In this document: piece by piece, positions 20,420 through 30,791 of the stretch
Layout of the letters: the number at the start of each line of letters is the position of its first letter
How positions within the stretch are numbered: position 1 is the stretch's first letter
Assembly (NCBI GenBank): GCA_031973215.1
Contig: DALYDK010000004.1
Coordinates: forward strand, 12,019 to 76,018
DNA from: Candidatus Saccharimonadota bacterium
GTDB taxonomy: Bacteria; Patescibacteriota; Saccharimonadia; Saccharimonadales; CAIOMD01
Direction of reading: 5' to 3'
Length of the DNA stretch: 64,000 nt
Translations under genes and position numbers: made by a program
Notes under the pieces: model-generated
What the model was told of the DNA's origin: nothing
Database searches by the model: none
The model's input: the letters and a program-made list of their open reading frames with translations, nothing else

Positions 20420-21168
20420 TTTAAATTTCTAAGGAGTTCTTTTAACAGTTTTTTTGAAGTTTTTTGGTTCTCTAAAATTTTTTCATACCTAACAAGGCTG
20501 TCTATTTTGTGGACTGTGTCTTGCAAATTATCGTTAATAACATAGGTTAGGAAATTGTTATTAATTGCATATTCGAATTCTTTTCTGGCGCTCGTTAATC
20601 TTCTTTTTAGCTCCTCTTCAGACAAAAATCCCCTACCTTTTAATCTTTTCATCCATATTTCAAAACTAGGTGGCAACAGAAACACAGGAATAACATTGTG
20701 GCTAAGCCGTATTATTGAATCACATCCAACAAAATCAATATCTGTAATAGCATACTTGCCCGCACTCTTTGCTCGTCTTAATTCAGCAATATTTATTCCA
20801 GAAGCTTGTTGACCGTGAATTACAGCAGCTTCTATATATTCACCCTTACGAAGCGAATTTAAAAAATCTTTTTCTTCTTTAAACCAGTAAACTTGTCCAT
20901 TTTTTTCAAGCTCGCCATTATTGCGCCTTGGTGATCTTGTAGTGTCAGAAACAATATAGTGGTAATCGCCCAATTCTACTAAGTGATTTATTACCGAATT
21001 TCTGCCGGCCGCCGTAGGCGCGACTAAAAGTGTCAATTTTATTTTGCTTAATTCATTAATAATGACCCTTTTTGGCTCATAGTTTTTCAATAAAACCTTA
21101 ATACGATCTAAATTTAGTTTATTGTCTAAGCCCTTACTCATATCTATACTATATGTTAATAATTGCAT
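20416..21168 (-). CDS. guanylate kinase-like protein with non-canonical P-loop
   Basis: Colinear with Gmk (SDTTRSPR, LPPS, RL.GRG), but Walker A reads APTAAGRNS instead of xPSGxGKS. Confidence 0.65.
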   Translation of the reverse strand: MQLLTYSIDMSKGLDNKLNLDRIKVLLKNYEPKRVIINELSKIKLTLLVAPTAAGRNSVINHLVELGDYHYIVSDTTRSPRRNNGELEKNGQVYWFKEEKDFLNSLRKGEYIEAAVIHGQQASGINIAELRRAKSAGKYAITDIDFVGCDSIIRLSHNVIPVFLLPPSFEIWMKRLKGRGFLSEEELKRRLTSARKEFEYAINNNFLTYVINDNLQDTVHKIDSLVRYEKILENQKTSKKLLKELLRNLN

Positions 21169-21187
21169 TATACGAAAGGATTTAGCA

Positions 21188-21646
21188 ATGACTAAGGCGT
21201 TTGATTTTAAGCTTAAAGATCAAAACGAAAACACAGTTTCTCTTTCTGACTTCAGCGGCAAATGGGTAGTATTATACTTTTACCCGAAAGATGATACGCC
21301 TGGTTGCACAAAAGAGGCGTGCAACTTCAGAGACGGCAGGGCCGTTCTAGAAGAACTGGGAGCAGTTGTGATTGGTATTTCTAAAGATAGCGTTTCGAGC
21401 CATAAAAAGTTTAGCGAAAAGTACGGACTAAATTTTATTTTATTAAGCGACCCCGATGCGGTTGTAATAAAAAAATACGGCGCCTGGGGTGAAAAAAGTA
21501 TGTTTGGTAAAAAATATTTCGGAATCAATAGGAATACAATCTTAGTAGACCCAAGTGGCAATATTTATAAAGAATATAAAGGAGTAAACCCCGCAAAACA
21601 CATTAAGGACATATTCTTAGACCTAGAAAAGGCTATTGCAAATTAA
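21188..21646 (+). CDS. bcp: thioredoxin-dependent peroxiredoxin Bcp
   Basis: YFYPKDDTPGCT peroxidatic Cys motif. ATG 21188 is preceded by AAAGGA; the track start 21122 is an upstream non-ATG codon. Confidence 0.9.
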   Translation: MTKAFDFKLKDQNENTVSLSDFSGKWVVLYFYPKDDTPGCTKEACNFRDGRAVLEELGAVVIGISKDSVSSHKKFSEKYGLNFILLSDPDAVVIKKYGAWGEKSMFGKKYFGINRNTILVDPSGNIYKEYKGVNPAKHIKDIFLDLEKAIAN

Positions 21647-23418
21647 TCTCTTTTTAGCATTACGGTAAATGCTTCGGCCGGGATATCTACTTTTCCAAAC
21701 TTTTTTAATCTTTTTTTGCCTTTTGCTTGTTTTGCTAATACTTTCTTTTTTCTTGAAACATCGCCACCGTACAGTCCGCTTGTGACGTCTTTTCTGTAAG
21801 CACTTATGTCTTCCCTAGCAATGAATCGTCCACCAATAGCAGCCTGAAGAGAAACTTGAAAATTTTGCCTAGGTATAACTTCCTTTAATTTCTTAACCGT
21901 CTCTCTGCCTATGTAATCAGCCTCGGTTCTATGGACCATGACACTGAGCGCATCCATCTTTTCGCCCGCCACTAAAAAGTCTAGCTTCACTAGGTCTTGA
22001 GCTATGTAATTGCTTAGTTCGTAATTAAATGAGCCATACCCACTAGTTATGCTCTTTAGTTGATCGTAAAAATCTGTTAATAAATTTGCTAGTGGTGCTT
22101 CAAATTCAATTAAGGCTAGCTGTGCATCTACAAAGCTAATATTTTTTTGTAAACCTCTTTTATTTGAAATTAATTGTATTACTGGGCCAACATAATCTTT
22201 CGGACATACTACTTCTCCTTTAATCCAAGGCTCCCTTATTTCTTCAATAGATGCTGGGTCCGGCAAATCACTGGCACTTTTTATATCAACTTCTTCTCCG
22301 TTATTTAACAGTAAGCGATAGTCAGTACTTGGATTTGTTACTACTAGCTCAAGCCCATATTCTCGTTCTAGCCTTTCTTTAACAATATCCATATGCAATA
22401 AGCCAAGAAAACCTATTCTTACTCCAAATCCTAATACTGGCGAATTTTCTGGTGAAAACTGTAGCGCCGAATCACTCAGCGAAAGCTTTTCTATAGCGTC
22501 TTTTAAAAGTTGATAATTTTCATTGCTGTCTGGGAAAAAACCAGCATATACAAAAGGCTTCACTTCTTTATATCCCGCTAAAGCCTCTGATGCAGGATTT
22601 TTAGATAGTGTTACAGTGTCGCCGACCCTAGCTTCTCTAGTGCTTTTGAGATTTGTTACAATATAGCCTATTTCGCCTGTAGATAAGCTAGTCGATGGCA
22701 ACATTTCAGGGCTTAAGCTACCAACTTCAAGAGCAAGGCCAGAGCTCGCCGTACCGATCATGGTTATAGAGCTATTTTTATCAATTTTTCCATCAACAAT
22801 CCTGACGTAAAGAATTACACCTCTATAATCATCATAGTAGCTATCAAATATTAAAGCCCTTGTTTGGCCACTCGGATTACCGCTAGGAGGAGATACTGTG
22901 TCTATTATTAAATCAAGAACTTCCGCAACCCCTTCTCCTGTTTTGGCAGAAATCTTAAGGATTTCTTCTGGGCGACATCCAAGCAAAGAAACCACTTCTT
23001 TGGTAACTCTTTCAACATCGGCGGCTGGAAGATCAATCTTATTTAGAACAGGTATAATTTTTAAATCTGCTGCTAGTGCTAAATATACATTCGCAAGTGT
23101 TTGGGCCTGGATTCCCTGACTCGCATCTACAACTAGTATTGCCCCCTCACAGGCAGCTAAACTACGTGATACTTCATAGCTAAAATCTACATGGCCTGGC
23201 GTATCAATTAAGTTCAATTGATAACCTTTGTAGTTCATTCGAACAGGAGCAAGTTTAATGGTTATACCCTTTTCTCTTTCCAGATCCATTTTATCTAAAA
23301 GCTGAGATTTCATATTACGCTTTTCAACTGTACCAGTAATTTCTAATAGTCTATCAGCCAAGGTGCTCTTTCCGTGGTCAATATGAGCAATAATACAAAA
23401 ATTTCGAATTTGATCCAT
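21643..23418 (-). CDS. lepA: translation elongation factor 4 (LepA)
   Basis: IRNFCIIAHIDHGKSTLADR, DTPGHVDF, and the LepA C-terminal domain. Confidence 0.95.
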   Translation of the reverse strand: MDQIRNFCIIAHIDHGKSTLADRLLEITGTVEKRNMKSQLLDKMDLEREKGITIKLAPVRMNYKGYQLNLIDTPGHVDFSYEVSRSLAACEGAILVVDASQGIQAQTLANVYLALAADLKIIPVLNKIDLPAADVERVTKEVVSLLGCRPEEILKISAKTGEGVAEVLDLIIDTVSPPSGNPSGQTRALIFDSYYDDYRGVILYVRIVDGKIDKNSSITMIGTASSGLALEVGSLSPEMLPSTSLSTGEIGYIVTNLKSTREARVGDTVTLSKNPASEALAGYKEVKPFVYAGFFPDSNENYQLLKDAIEKLSLSDSALQFSPENSPVLGFGVRIGFLGLLHMDIVKERLEREYGLELVVTNPSTDYRLLLNNGEEVDIKSASDLPDPASIEEIREPWIKGEVVCPKDYVGPVIQLISNKRGLQKNISFVDAQLALIEFEAPLANLLTDFYDQLKSITSGYGSFNYELSNYIAQDLVKLDFLVAGEKMDALSVMVHRTEADYIGRETVKKLKEVIPRQNFQVSLQAAIGGRFIAREDISAYRKDVTSGLYGGDVSRKKKVLAKQAKGKKRLKKFGKVDIPAEAFTVMLKRD

Positions 23419-23441
23419 ACTTATCTGTAATTATAGCAAAA

Positions 23442-25013
23442 CTATATCTTTACTGGCTTTAAAATAATATCTTTAATCTTTCTTAGAATAATATCGGCTT
23501 CAGGCAGACGTAAAATTTTTGCAACAATAATAAAGACCGAGAATGTTACAAAAGAAATAATACTAAGCTTAACTACTAACACAAAACCTAGGTCGGCAAG
23601 CTGCAGGGGTAAAAATTGCATAATAAAATAAGTACCTAAGGCTGCAAAAGCAGTAGCAATTCCTGCTCTTAATAAGTAGTTCAGGAATGGCCCAGAAAAA
23701 AGCTTGGGATCTCTTTTGGTAATAATAACCGTTAAAATCATTACTTCAACAAAGGCAACTATTCCCTGGGCCATGGCCAAGCCAACTACCCCAAATGCAT
23801 CCGGCTGAGATAGAAAATATGCCAAAAATATATTTAGTACAATAATAAATAGCGAAACATATAATGGTGTTTTTGTGTCTTTATATGCGTAGAAATACCT
23901 AGAAATAATTGTATATATTATTCTAAAAAATATTGCAAAGCATAGCACCCCAAATATAATGGCTATTTCTTTACTACTACGGGCAAAAATAATTCTAGCC
24001 AAATAAGCTCTAGCAAAAAATGCTACTACAACAACCGGTAAAGCCAAAAATATTAGAATCTGCAACACTCTGACATATTCTTTTCTAAATAAATCTGTAC
24101 GGCCCATTGCAAGCTTGTCTGTTAACCTTGGAAATGCCGCTGTTGATATAGAGTTTCCAATTAACATTATCGGTGCATTGTGTAAAATCATTGCATTTTC
24201 ATACCACGTCACCGAACCAGTTACCAGTTTAGAGGCGAATCTTGTTTCAACTATCGCATTAATATAATCAACTCCCTGGTCTATAGACCTGGCAGGTAAA
24301 ATACGCAATACTTCTCTAAAGTTTTTATCTTGAAAATTAATTTTTGGAATATACCTAAAATTAATTCCGATCATACCAAATGACGCAACAACAAGCTGCA
24401 ATATTGCACCTATTGCCACGCCAATACTCAAGCCCACAACACCTAAAGAATCACCAAAAATATATATACTAGCAATAATTGCACCGTTATAAAACAATGG
24501 AGCAATAGCAAAAAAGAAAAACCTTCCAACAGACTGTTGAATAGTAGTCAGTAGTGTAGAAATTGAAAATATAAACACATTTACAGATACAATTCTCATT
24601 ATTGCAACAGAAAGCTCAAGTTGCTCGGGGGTAAATCCTGGAACCACAACATATCTAAGTAGCGGCTCGGCAAAAATCATAAGCAAAACAGAAACTATAA
24701 GCGTAAGAATGCCTAGAGCATTAAGAAGATAACTAGAAACTTCCCATGCTGACTGCTTATTTTTTCTTAGTCGTTCGCTAAGAATTGGTAAAAATGCAAC
24801 TCCTAGGGCACCCGAAGCTAAGGTAAAATAAACAAAATCTGGAATTTTAAAAGCCGCAAAAAAAGCATCTGTTTCAAAATTATTAAAATTGGCATTAATG
24901 AGTTTAGTTCTAATAATTCCAAGAACTGTTCCCGCCAAAGATGCACCGGCTAAAAGAAATGCAGCTGAGCCAAAACTAAGTCTTCTATTTGCTCTTGAAA
25001 GTAATCGATTCAT
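23442..25013 (-). CDS. murJ: lipid II flippase MurJ/MviN family
   Basis: 14-TM MOP-superfamily profile with a typical MurJ N-terminus. Confidence 0.85.
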   Translation of the reverse strand: MNRLLSRANRRLSFGSAAFLLAGASLAGTVLGIIRTKLINANFNNFETDAFFAAFKIPDFVYFTLASGALGVAFLPILSERLRKNKQSAWEVSSYLLNALGILTLIVSVLLMIFAEPLLRYVVVPGFTPEQLELSVAIMRIVSVNVFIFSISTLLTTIQQSVGRFFFFAIAPLFYNGAIIASIYIFGDSLGVVGLSIGVAIGAILQLVVASFGMIGINFRYIPKINFQDKNFREVLRILPARSIDQGVDYINAIVETRFASKLVTGSVTWYENAMILHNAPIMLIGNSISTAAFPRLTDKLAMGRTDLFRKEYVRVLQILIFLALPVVVVAFFARAYLARIIFARSSKEIAIIFGVLCFAIFFRIIYTIISRYFYAYKDTKTPLYVSLFIIVLNIFLAYFLSQPDAFGVVGLAMAQGIVAFVEVMILTVIITKRDPKLFSGPFLNYLLRAGIATAFAALGTYFIMQFLPLQLADLGFVLVVKLSIISFVTFSVFIIVAKILRLPEADIILRKIKDIILKPVKI

Positions 25014-25028
25014 CTGCTTTTTCTTTTG

Positions 25029-26903
25029 CTAATAAAGTTTTGCTTCAGTAGGCAATGATGTTCCTTTTAATATTTCAAGCACTTCTTCTGCTTCAACTGT
25101 TTCTTTTTCTAGTAGTGCATCTTTAAGCTTTTCTAGGAAGGCTTTATTTTTCTTAAGTACGCTTCTTGCTCTATTAGCAGCTTCGGTTATTAATGACTCT
25201 ACCTCATCGTCAATAATTTTGGCAGTCTCATCTGAGTATTGTCTTTCATGGACTAACCTTTCCATCATCATACCGTCTTCGACATGGAATACTTGGTCTC
25301 TTAATTTTTTGCCCATTCCCTGATTAACAATCATCTCCCGTGCCAGTTCGGCGGCTTTCTGAAGATCATTACCAGCTCCAGTTGTAACACGATCCGGGCC
25401 ATAAATAATTTCTTCTGCAATACGTCCGCCAAGCATTCTGGCTAAAACGTCTTTGTACTCAATTATACTGTGATAGCTTTTGTCTTCAGGTGGGATAAAC
25501 CACGTAACACCACCAGTACCGCCCCTAGGAATAATTGTAACCTTATGGACCATATCACTGTCCGGTAGAGTGTGACCAACAACAGCATGCCCCGCTTCAT
25601 GATATGCAGTAAGCTCTTTTTCTTTTTCGTTCATTACTTTACTTTTGCGTTCTGGACCAATAGCTACTTTTTCAAATGCATTAGTAACGTCTTCATTAGT
25701 AATTACATTTCTATTAGCTCTGGCGGCTATAATAGCGGCTTCATTTGCTATATTAGCCAAATCCGCACCGCTAGAACCAGCTGTTTTGGCAGCAAGTGAA
25801 TCTAAGTCTACGCTTTTATTTAATGGCTTTTTAGCAAAATGAACCTTTAATATTGCTAAACGATCTTTTCGGTCGGGTAGTCCTATACCAACTCTTCGAT
25901 CAAAACGACCAGGCCTTAGAAGCGCCGGATCTAAAACATCCATTCTGTTAGTAGCTGCAAGGACTATGACATTTTGTCCTTGTTCAAACCCATCCATTTC
26001 AACAAGAATCTGGTTAAGGGTTTGCTCTCTTTCATCGTGTCCTCCACCCATACCGCTGCCTCTTTTACGACCAACAGCATCAATTTCGTCTATAAAAATA
26101 ATACAGGGTGCATTCTTTTTGGCCTTACTAAATAGATCCCTAACCCTGCTGGCACCAACGCCAACAAACATCTCAACAAACTCTGATCCCGATATGCTAA
26201 AGAATGGCACGTTAGCCTCACCGGCAACCGCCCGGGCCATCATCGTTTTACCTGTTCCCGGAGGACCTACTAATAGAACACCTTTAGGAATTTTTGCTCC
26301 AACAGTTTCAAACTTTTTAGGATACTTTAAGAATTCGACTACTTCTTCTAAATCAGTTTTGGCTTCTTCATTGCCGGCAACATCTTTAAATTTAACCGTT
26401 TCTTTTTCATTACCATAAAGCCGCGCGCTACTTTTGCCAAAACCTAAAGCTTGGTTACCTTGACCCTGAGCAGACCTAAGCATAAATAGCAGTACTCCAA
26501 CAATTATGATCACTGGCAGTAAATTAATCGCCAGTGCGGTCCACGTTGCTCCACTGTTAGAAGCTTCCTTAAAGACAACCTCTACATCTCGGTTCGTTAG
26601 ACCCCCGGGTCCATAAAGAGTTGCGTTATTTTCTTTTCTTGTCTTTTCAGTGGGCTTGTCATTACCCTTTGTTGTGACTTCAATGTTACTTCCCTGAACT
26701 GAAAGCTTAACAATTTCACCACTATTCGCTCGATTCATAACATCGTTAAATGTCTTTTCTTCAAGTTTAGATGGCTGCCTGTAACTAAATAAAAAAATAC
26801 CTATAAAAAGTAGAATAATTAGCACAAAACCCGTGTTTTTTATCCAGGTTTTTTTAGTCGAACCTTTTTTAGGCGGTTGTTTTCGTTTATCCATATCCGA
26901 CAA
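25029..26903 (-). CDS. ftsH: ATP-dependent zinc metalloprotease FtsH
   Basis: GPPGTGKT Walker A, DEIDA, SRH region, HEAGHA zinc motif. Confidence 0.95.
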   Translation of the reverse strand: MSDMDKRKQPPKKGSTKKTWIKNTGFVLIILLFIGIFLFSYRQPSKLEEKTFNDVMNRANSGEIVKLSVQGSNIEVTTKGNDKPTEKTRKENNATLYGPGGLTNRDVEVVFKEASNSGATWTALAINLLPVIIIVGVLLFMLRSAQGQGNQALGFGKSSARLYGNEKETVKFKDVAGNEEAKTDLEEVVEFLKYPKKFETVGAKIPKGVLLVGPPGTGKTMMARAVAGEANVPFFSISGSEFVEMFVGVGASRVRDLFSKAKKNAPCIIFIDEIDAVGRKRGSGMGGGHDEREQTLNQILVEMDGFEQGQNVIVLAATNRMDVLDPALLRPGRFDRRVGIGLPDRKDRLAILKVHFAKKPLNKSVDLDSLAAKTAGSSGADLANIANEAAIIAARANRNVITNEDVTNAFEKVAIGPERKSKVMNEKEKELTAYHEAGHAVVGHTLPDSDMVHKVTIIPRGGTGGVTWFIPPEDKSYHSIIEYKDVLARMLGGRIAEEIIYGPDRVTTGAGNDLQKAAELAREMIVNQGMGKKLRDQVFHVEDGMMMERLVHERQYSDETAKIIDDEVESLITEAANRARSVLKKNKAFLEKLKDALLEKETVEAEEVLEILKGTSLPTEAKLY

Positions 26904-26940
26904 TTATAACTGATTCACCTCTTGTTAATCTAGTACTTTA

Positions 26941-27828
26941 TTAATAAAAACGAGCAGATCTTTTAGTGATAATTATTTTTCCTCCGGCAAATTCTATAAC
27001 TTTTCCCGGTTTTAGCGTTTTAATACCTATGGCTATGTTATCAATATTTTTTTTATCGTAATTTTTATAGCCCAAGTTTCTAAGTAGATAATGTATAAAT
27101 TCTTGAGACAAATTATCCGGTAATGATATGAACTTCTGCCTGCTAATTACAGGCCTTCCCTTGTGTTGAATTTGTGAAGCGAGCCTTGCAAGAAGTGGCT
27201 CAATTTTTTTATTAAGCTCCTTACTTGTTTTAATGTATTCCAAAAATTTACCTCTTTGAAGATCGCTCATCTTAGGAATTACCTGTAGTCTTACTCTGTT
27301 TCTTAAATATGCCGTGTCTAAATTTGTATAATCTTCTACCCAATTTAAATTTTTTGTCTGCGCATATTCTAGGATTTCTTTTTTAGAAAAAATTAGTAAT
27401 GGCCTTGATATGTATTTGTTGCTCTGCATAGAACTGATACCCAAGCGACCAGTACCTCTTAAAATATTAATAATTGCAGTTTCTATCTCGTCATCTTGAT
27501 GGTGAGCCGTGACAATTAAGTTTGCATGAGTATCTTTTTTTATTTTTTCAAGAAACTCATATCTTTTATTTCTTGCAAAATCCTCGCTTGCGCCAGAACC
27601 CAATTGACCTTCGGCGTAAAAAAAAGGTTTATTGTATTTATTTGCTAGCTTCTCTACAAAGATCTTATCTTCATAAGAGTTACCTCGAATACCGTGATCA
27701 TAATGAGCGACAACGAACTTATAGTTCATATTAGACAAAATATCTAGTAAAACAACAGAGTCAACTCCTCCTGAGACGGCTAAAATAAAGTTATCTGACT
27801 CTAAGTGTGGCTTGTAATTCAATAACAT
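26941..27828 (-). CDS. tilS: tRNA(Ile)-lysidine synthetase TilS (short form)
   Basis: PP-loop SGGVDS. Lies directly upstream of ftsH (no hpt gene between them here). Confidence 0.85.
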   Translation of the reverse strand: MLLNYKPHLESDNFILAVSGGVDSVVLLDILSNMNYKFVVAHYDHGIRGNSYEDKIFVEKLANKYNKPFFYAEGQLGSGASEDFARNKRYEFLEKIKKDTHANLIVTAHHQDDEIETAIINILRGTGRLGISSMQSNKYISRPLLIFSKKEILEYAQTKNLNWVEDYTNLDTAYLRNRVRLQVIPKMSDLQRGKFLEYIKTSKELNKKIEPLLARLASQIQHKGRPVISRQKFISLPDNLSQEFIHYLLRNLGYKNYDKKNIDNIAIGIKTLKPGKVIEFAGGKIIITKRSARFY

Positions 27829-27833
27829 GTAAA

Positions 27834-27857
27834 TAAAAAAGCCAATCTAATGTGGCT
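27834..27857 (-). terminator. hairpin plus T-run directly after tRNA(CAT)-1
   Basis: Minus strand: AGCCA-CATTAGAT-TGGCT followed by TTTTTTT. Confidence 0.5.
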
Positions 27858-27858
27858 T

Positions 27859-27935
27859 TGGTAGCAGGGGCGAGAATTGAACTCGCGACCTCAGGCTTAT
27901 GAGTCCTGCGCTCTAACCATCTGAGCTACCCTGCC
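27859..27935 (-). tRNA. tRNA with CAT anticodon (elongator Met or lysidine-modified Ile2; undecided), CCA encoded
   Basis: Hand-folded, 77 nt: GGCAGGG/CCCTGCT acceptor (G1-U72 wobble), CAGGA-CTCATAA-GCCTG anticodon arm, GCGAG-TTCAATT-CTCGC T arm. Confidence 0.88.
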
Positions 27936-27990
27936 TTAAGGTTTAATACAGACGATATCATACCAAAATATAATCTGTTTTACCAAATTT

Positions 27991-28017
27991 AAAAGCCTCC
28001 CAACAATCTAGGAGGCT
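27991..28017 (-). terminator. rho-independent terminator
   Basis: AGCCTCC / GGAGGCT hairpin; on the minus strand it is followed by TTTT. Confidence 0.5.
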
Positions 28018-28051
28018 CCTAAAAGAGTTTACCTACGCAGCTTAGGAATTT

Positions 28052-28132
28052 TTAAGCAAGCATTTGATCTATGCTTAAAAATCTTGGATCACTTGTAGGA
28101 GAAAACTCATAAGCAAGAGATATATCGCTCAT
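28052..28132 (-). CDS. candidate unannotated 26-aa small ORF (MSDISLAYEFSPTSDPRFLSIDQMLA)
   Basis: ATG preceded by AAGGA at 8-nt spacing and followed by a terminator. Below the ORF-track size cut-off. Confidence 0.25.
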   Translation of the reverse strand: MSDISLAYEFSPTSDPRFLSIDQMLA

Positions 28133-28227
28133 AAATTTTTCCTTTTTTTTAACTTTTTTGCTTTTTAGGCAATACCGTTATACTATACCATTTTCGTATT
28201 TTTGTCAAGTTAATAATGTTGTAAAAA

Positions 28228-29280
28228 TCAACCCAGTAGAGTCTTAAGTTGATGAATTAACTTCTTGATATCTTGAAAGTTATTAACCAAGTAATTAGAT
28301 CTTAGCAGCGCTTCATCTATAGCGATTTCTGCCGATACTACAGTAATTAGTTCAGAGCTTGCTAGAACTGTCGTTAAGCCACCGTCTAGGCAAATTGCTT
28401 GCCTGTTTTTAATATTCAGGATTTTACTAAATCTTAAAATATCGGCACTATTTACAGATATAAAACTCATTAATGGATAGTCAGCCTCCATTATAGACTT
28501 GTTACTTTTTTGCTCGAAATATTTTTTATCTATATGGGCCATACCTGGTGTAATAGCAATTAATCTTTTTGCAGTAGATTCATCTGTACAAAAAATTAAG
28601 TTTTTTCCCATCTGATGACTAATTATTCTAATCATTTCCTTAACTGAGTCAATTGGGGCGGGAAAATTAACAATTACAGTGTCTATTAACTTGGGTGAAA
28701 TATAGTCAGTTGACTCATTTATGATGATTTCATTATTTTTTAAATTTTTCTGAATTTTCTTAAGTTTTCTTCCCAATTTCTGATGATGCTTTTCCATACT
28801 ATTTAGATATGTATCACTGCCCGTTGCAACCACCACCCCAACGGCATGGCCGTACGTTACGCTAGATCCAGCAAATGCCATGTTTTTTAAACTTAAAATA
28901 TTGTCATATTTAGCATGAGTTGTGTTTGAATTTTTATAAACGGCGACCTCAGATCCATCTAGAACAGATTGATTTACAGACAAATTATCAACGGCAATTA
29001 ACCTAATATCGGCTGGAACCACTTTATTTTTTTCTAATAGTACTATGTCACCAAGAGCTAATAAATTATTCTTTGTTTGTGTTCGCTTTCCGTCTCTGAT
29101 GACAAATGAGCTTAATAAACTCCACACTATATCGGGAAAATAACTAATATTGTTACCACCTAGCTTTGCCACTCTAAGAGCGGCTTCGGCAGAAGATAAG
29201 CCAGATTTGTCATTTGTTATAAAAAATTTCAATAGATCTGGTGCTGAAATTGATTGCCACTGCTTATTAAATCCGGCCAT
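28228..29280 (-). CDS. soluble, TM-less P-type ATPase-like protein with degenerate catalytic motifs
   Basis: Cation_ATPase_N-like LSSAEAALRVAKLGGN. A-domain-like VIRDGK...GDIVLLE...VPADIRL...SVLDGSE (TGES replaced by DGSE). No DKTGT motif and no TM helices. Confidence 0.6.
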   Translation of the reverse strand: MAGFNKQWQSISAPDLLKFFITNDKSGLSSAEAALRVAKLGGNNISYFPDIVWSLLSSFVIRDGKRTQTKNNLLALGDIVLLEKNKVVPADIRLIAVDNLSVNQSVLDGSEVAVYKNSNTTHAKYDNILSLKNMAFAGSSVTYGHAVGVVVATGSDTYLNSMEKHHQKLGRKLKKIQKNLKNNEIIINESTDYISPKLIDTVIVNFPAPIDSVKEMIRIISHQMGKNLIFCTDESTAKRLIAITPGMAHIDKKYFEQKSNKSIMEADYPLMSFISVNSADILRFSKILNIKNRQAICLDGGLTTVLASSELITVVSAEIAIDEALLRSNYLVNNFQDIKKLIHQLKTLLG

Positions 29281-29369
29281 ATGAATGATTCCTATAAGTT
29301 AATGTTATTATCATTGCCCGTTGATAGCAATTTAATAGATTGTCAAAATATCGTATAATTATTAACAAC

Positions 29370-30755
29370 ATGGGTGGAAAAAATAAAAAACCAATTTCAT
29401 TTGACTATGACTTAGTTGTCATTGGGGCCGGTACCGCAGGGAGTGTAGCTGCAAACCTGGCTGCAAATCATGCTAAAAAAGTAGCCATTATAGAAAGTAA
29501 TAAAATCGGAGGAGAGCAACTCTGGTCAACTACTATACCTACTAAATGGCTTATGGAATCATTAAAATTTTATCAAAAAGCTAAAAAAGCCAATTCTCAA
29601 GGCTTAGATATAAGCGTTTCGCCGATTAGTATAGACAAAATAAAACATTATTTAAGAAAAACTCAAAACAAAGCATCTGGGGCAGAAACAAATGTATTTA
29701 AAGATGAAAACATAAAAACATACAATGGTAACGCAGATTTCATAGACAAATACCATATTAGTATTAATGGTAAAAAAATATCATCAAAATACTTTCTGAT
29801 TGCCCCAGGGGCTTCTCCAGACAATTCTATTGCCAAAAAGTTTAATGTAACCAATTTTCTTACATATAGAGACCTAGCTGAGCTTAATTTCAGTGGCAAT
29901 AGTTTTTGTTTTATAGGAGCCGGGTCAGTCGCGTATGAATATTCGCAAATACTTACAATGCTAGGATTTAACGTGCATGTAATAGAAAAAAATAATCATA
30001 TATTGCCCAAGTCCGATAACGAAGTAAGCGATATATCTGAAGATATCCTAATTAAACATTCAGTTAAACTACACACTGCTAGTTTTGTCGAAGATATTAA
30101 ACAAAGCAACAGTAAATCAATTATTCATTTTATTAAAAACCAAAGAAGGTACCGTTTGGCTGTAGATAACTTAGTGTTGGCATCCGGTAAAATGCCTAAT
30201 GTAAAAAACTTAGGCCTAGAAAATGCTAATGTTCATTTTGACGAAAAAGGAATTAAAACTAATAGGAAAATGCAAACATCACAAAAAAACATATTTGCGG
30301 CAGGTGATGTCGTAGGTTCCGAGTCGGGATACGAAGCAATATATGATGCACAAATTGCAGTTCATAATATGTATTTTAGAAAAAAACTAAAAAAATCTAG
30401 AAAAGCTATTCCGAAAGTTGTTTATGGCTCTACAGAAATTGCAACCGTTGGTGTTAGCGAATTGCAGCTAAAACTATCGGGTAAAGTATACCAATCCTCC
30501 ATAGCGCCCGCTGGTATAACAGCAAGATCTCTTTACGGTCAATATGAACTTGGATTTGTAAAAATACTTGCTAACCACAAAGGCATAGTTGTTGGCGCAA
30601 GTGTAGTTGGAGAAAACGCTACAGAGCTTATTAATATATTGTCAGTTGCAATTAACAACAATATGCAAGCTTGCGACTTAGCAAAAACCGTTTATTCAAG
30701 TCCTAGCTGGTCAGAATCTATCAAAATCGCAGCAAGCAAAATTTATTGCTTATAA
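29370..30755 (+). CDS. FAD/NAD(P)-binding pyridine nucleotide-disulfide oxidoreductase homologue lacking the redox-active cysteines
   Basis: DLVVIGAGTAGS, FIGAGSVAYEY and AAGDV dinucleotide motifs. The GGxCxxxGCxPSK site reads GGEQLWSTTIPTK. The C-terminal HPxxSE reads SPSWSE. Start taken at ATG 29370 (the track uses TTG 29340). Confidence 0.8.
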   Translation: MGGKNKKPISFDYDLVVIGAGTAGSVAANLAANHAKKVAIIESNKIGGEQLWSTTIPTKWLMESLKFYQKAKKANSQGLDISVSPISIDKIKHYLRKTQNKASGAETNVFKDENIKTYNGNADFIDKYHISINGKKISSKYFLIAPGASPDNSIAKKFNVTNFLTYRDLAELNFSGNSFCFIGAGSVAYEYSQILTMLGFNVHVIEKNNHILPKSDNEVSDISEDILIKHSVKLHTASFVEDIKQSNSKSIIHFIKNQRRYRLAVDNLVLASGKMPNVKNLGLENANVHFDEKGIKTNRKMQTSQKNIFAAGDVVGSESGYEAIYDAQIAVHNMYFRKKLKKSRKAIPKVVYGSTEIATVGVSELQLKLSGKVYQSSIAPAGITARSLYGQYELGFVKILANHKGIVVGASVVGENATELINILSVAINNNMQACDLAKTVYSSPSWSESIKIAASKIYCL

Positions 30756-30777
30756 AAAACTGCCATGAATATGGCAG
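30754..30777 (-). terminator. rho-independent terminator (copy 1 of a duplicated hairpin)
   Basis: CTGCCAT-GAAT-ATGGCAG; on the minus strand it is followed by TTTTTT. Overlaps the stop codon of the plus-strand oxidoreductase gene. Confidence 0.65.
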
Positions 30778-30791
30778 TTTAATTGTGCATC

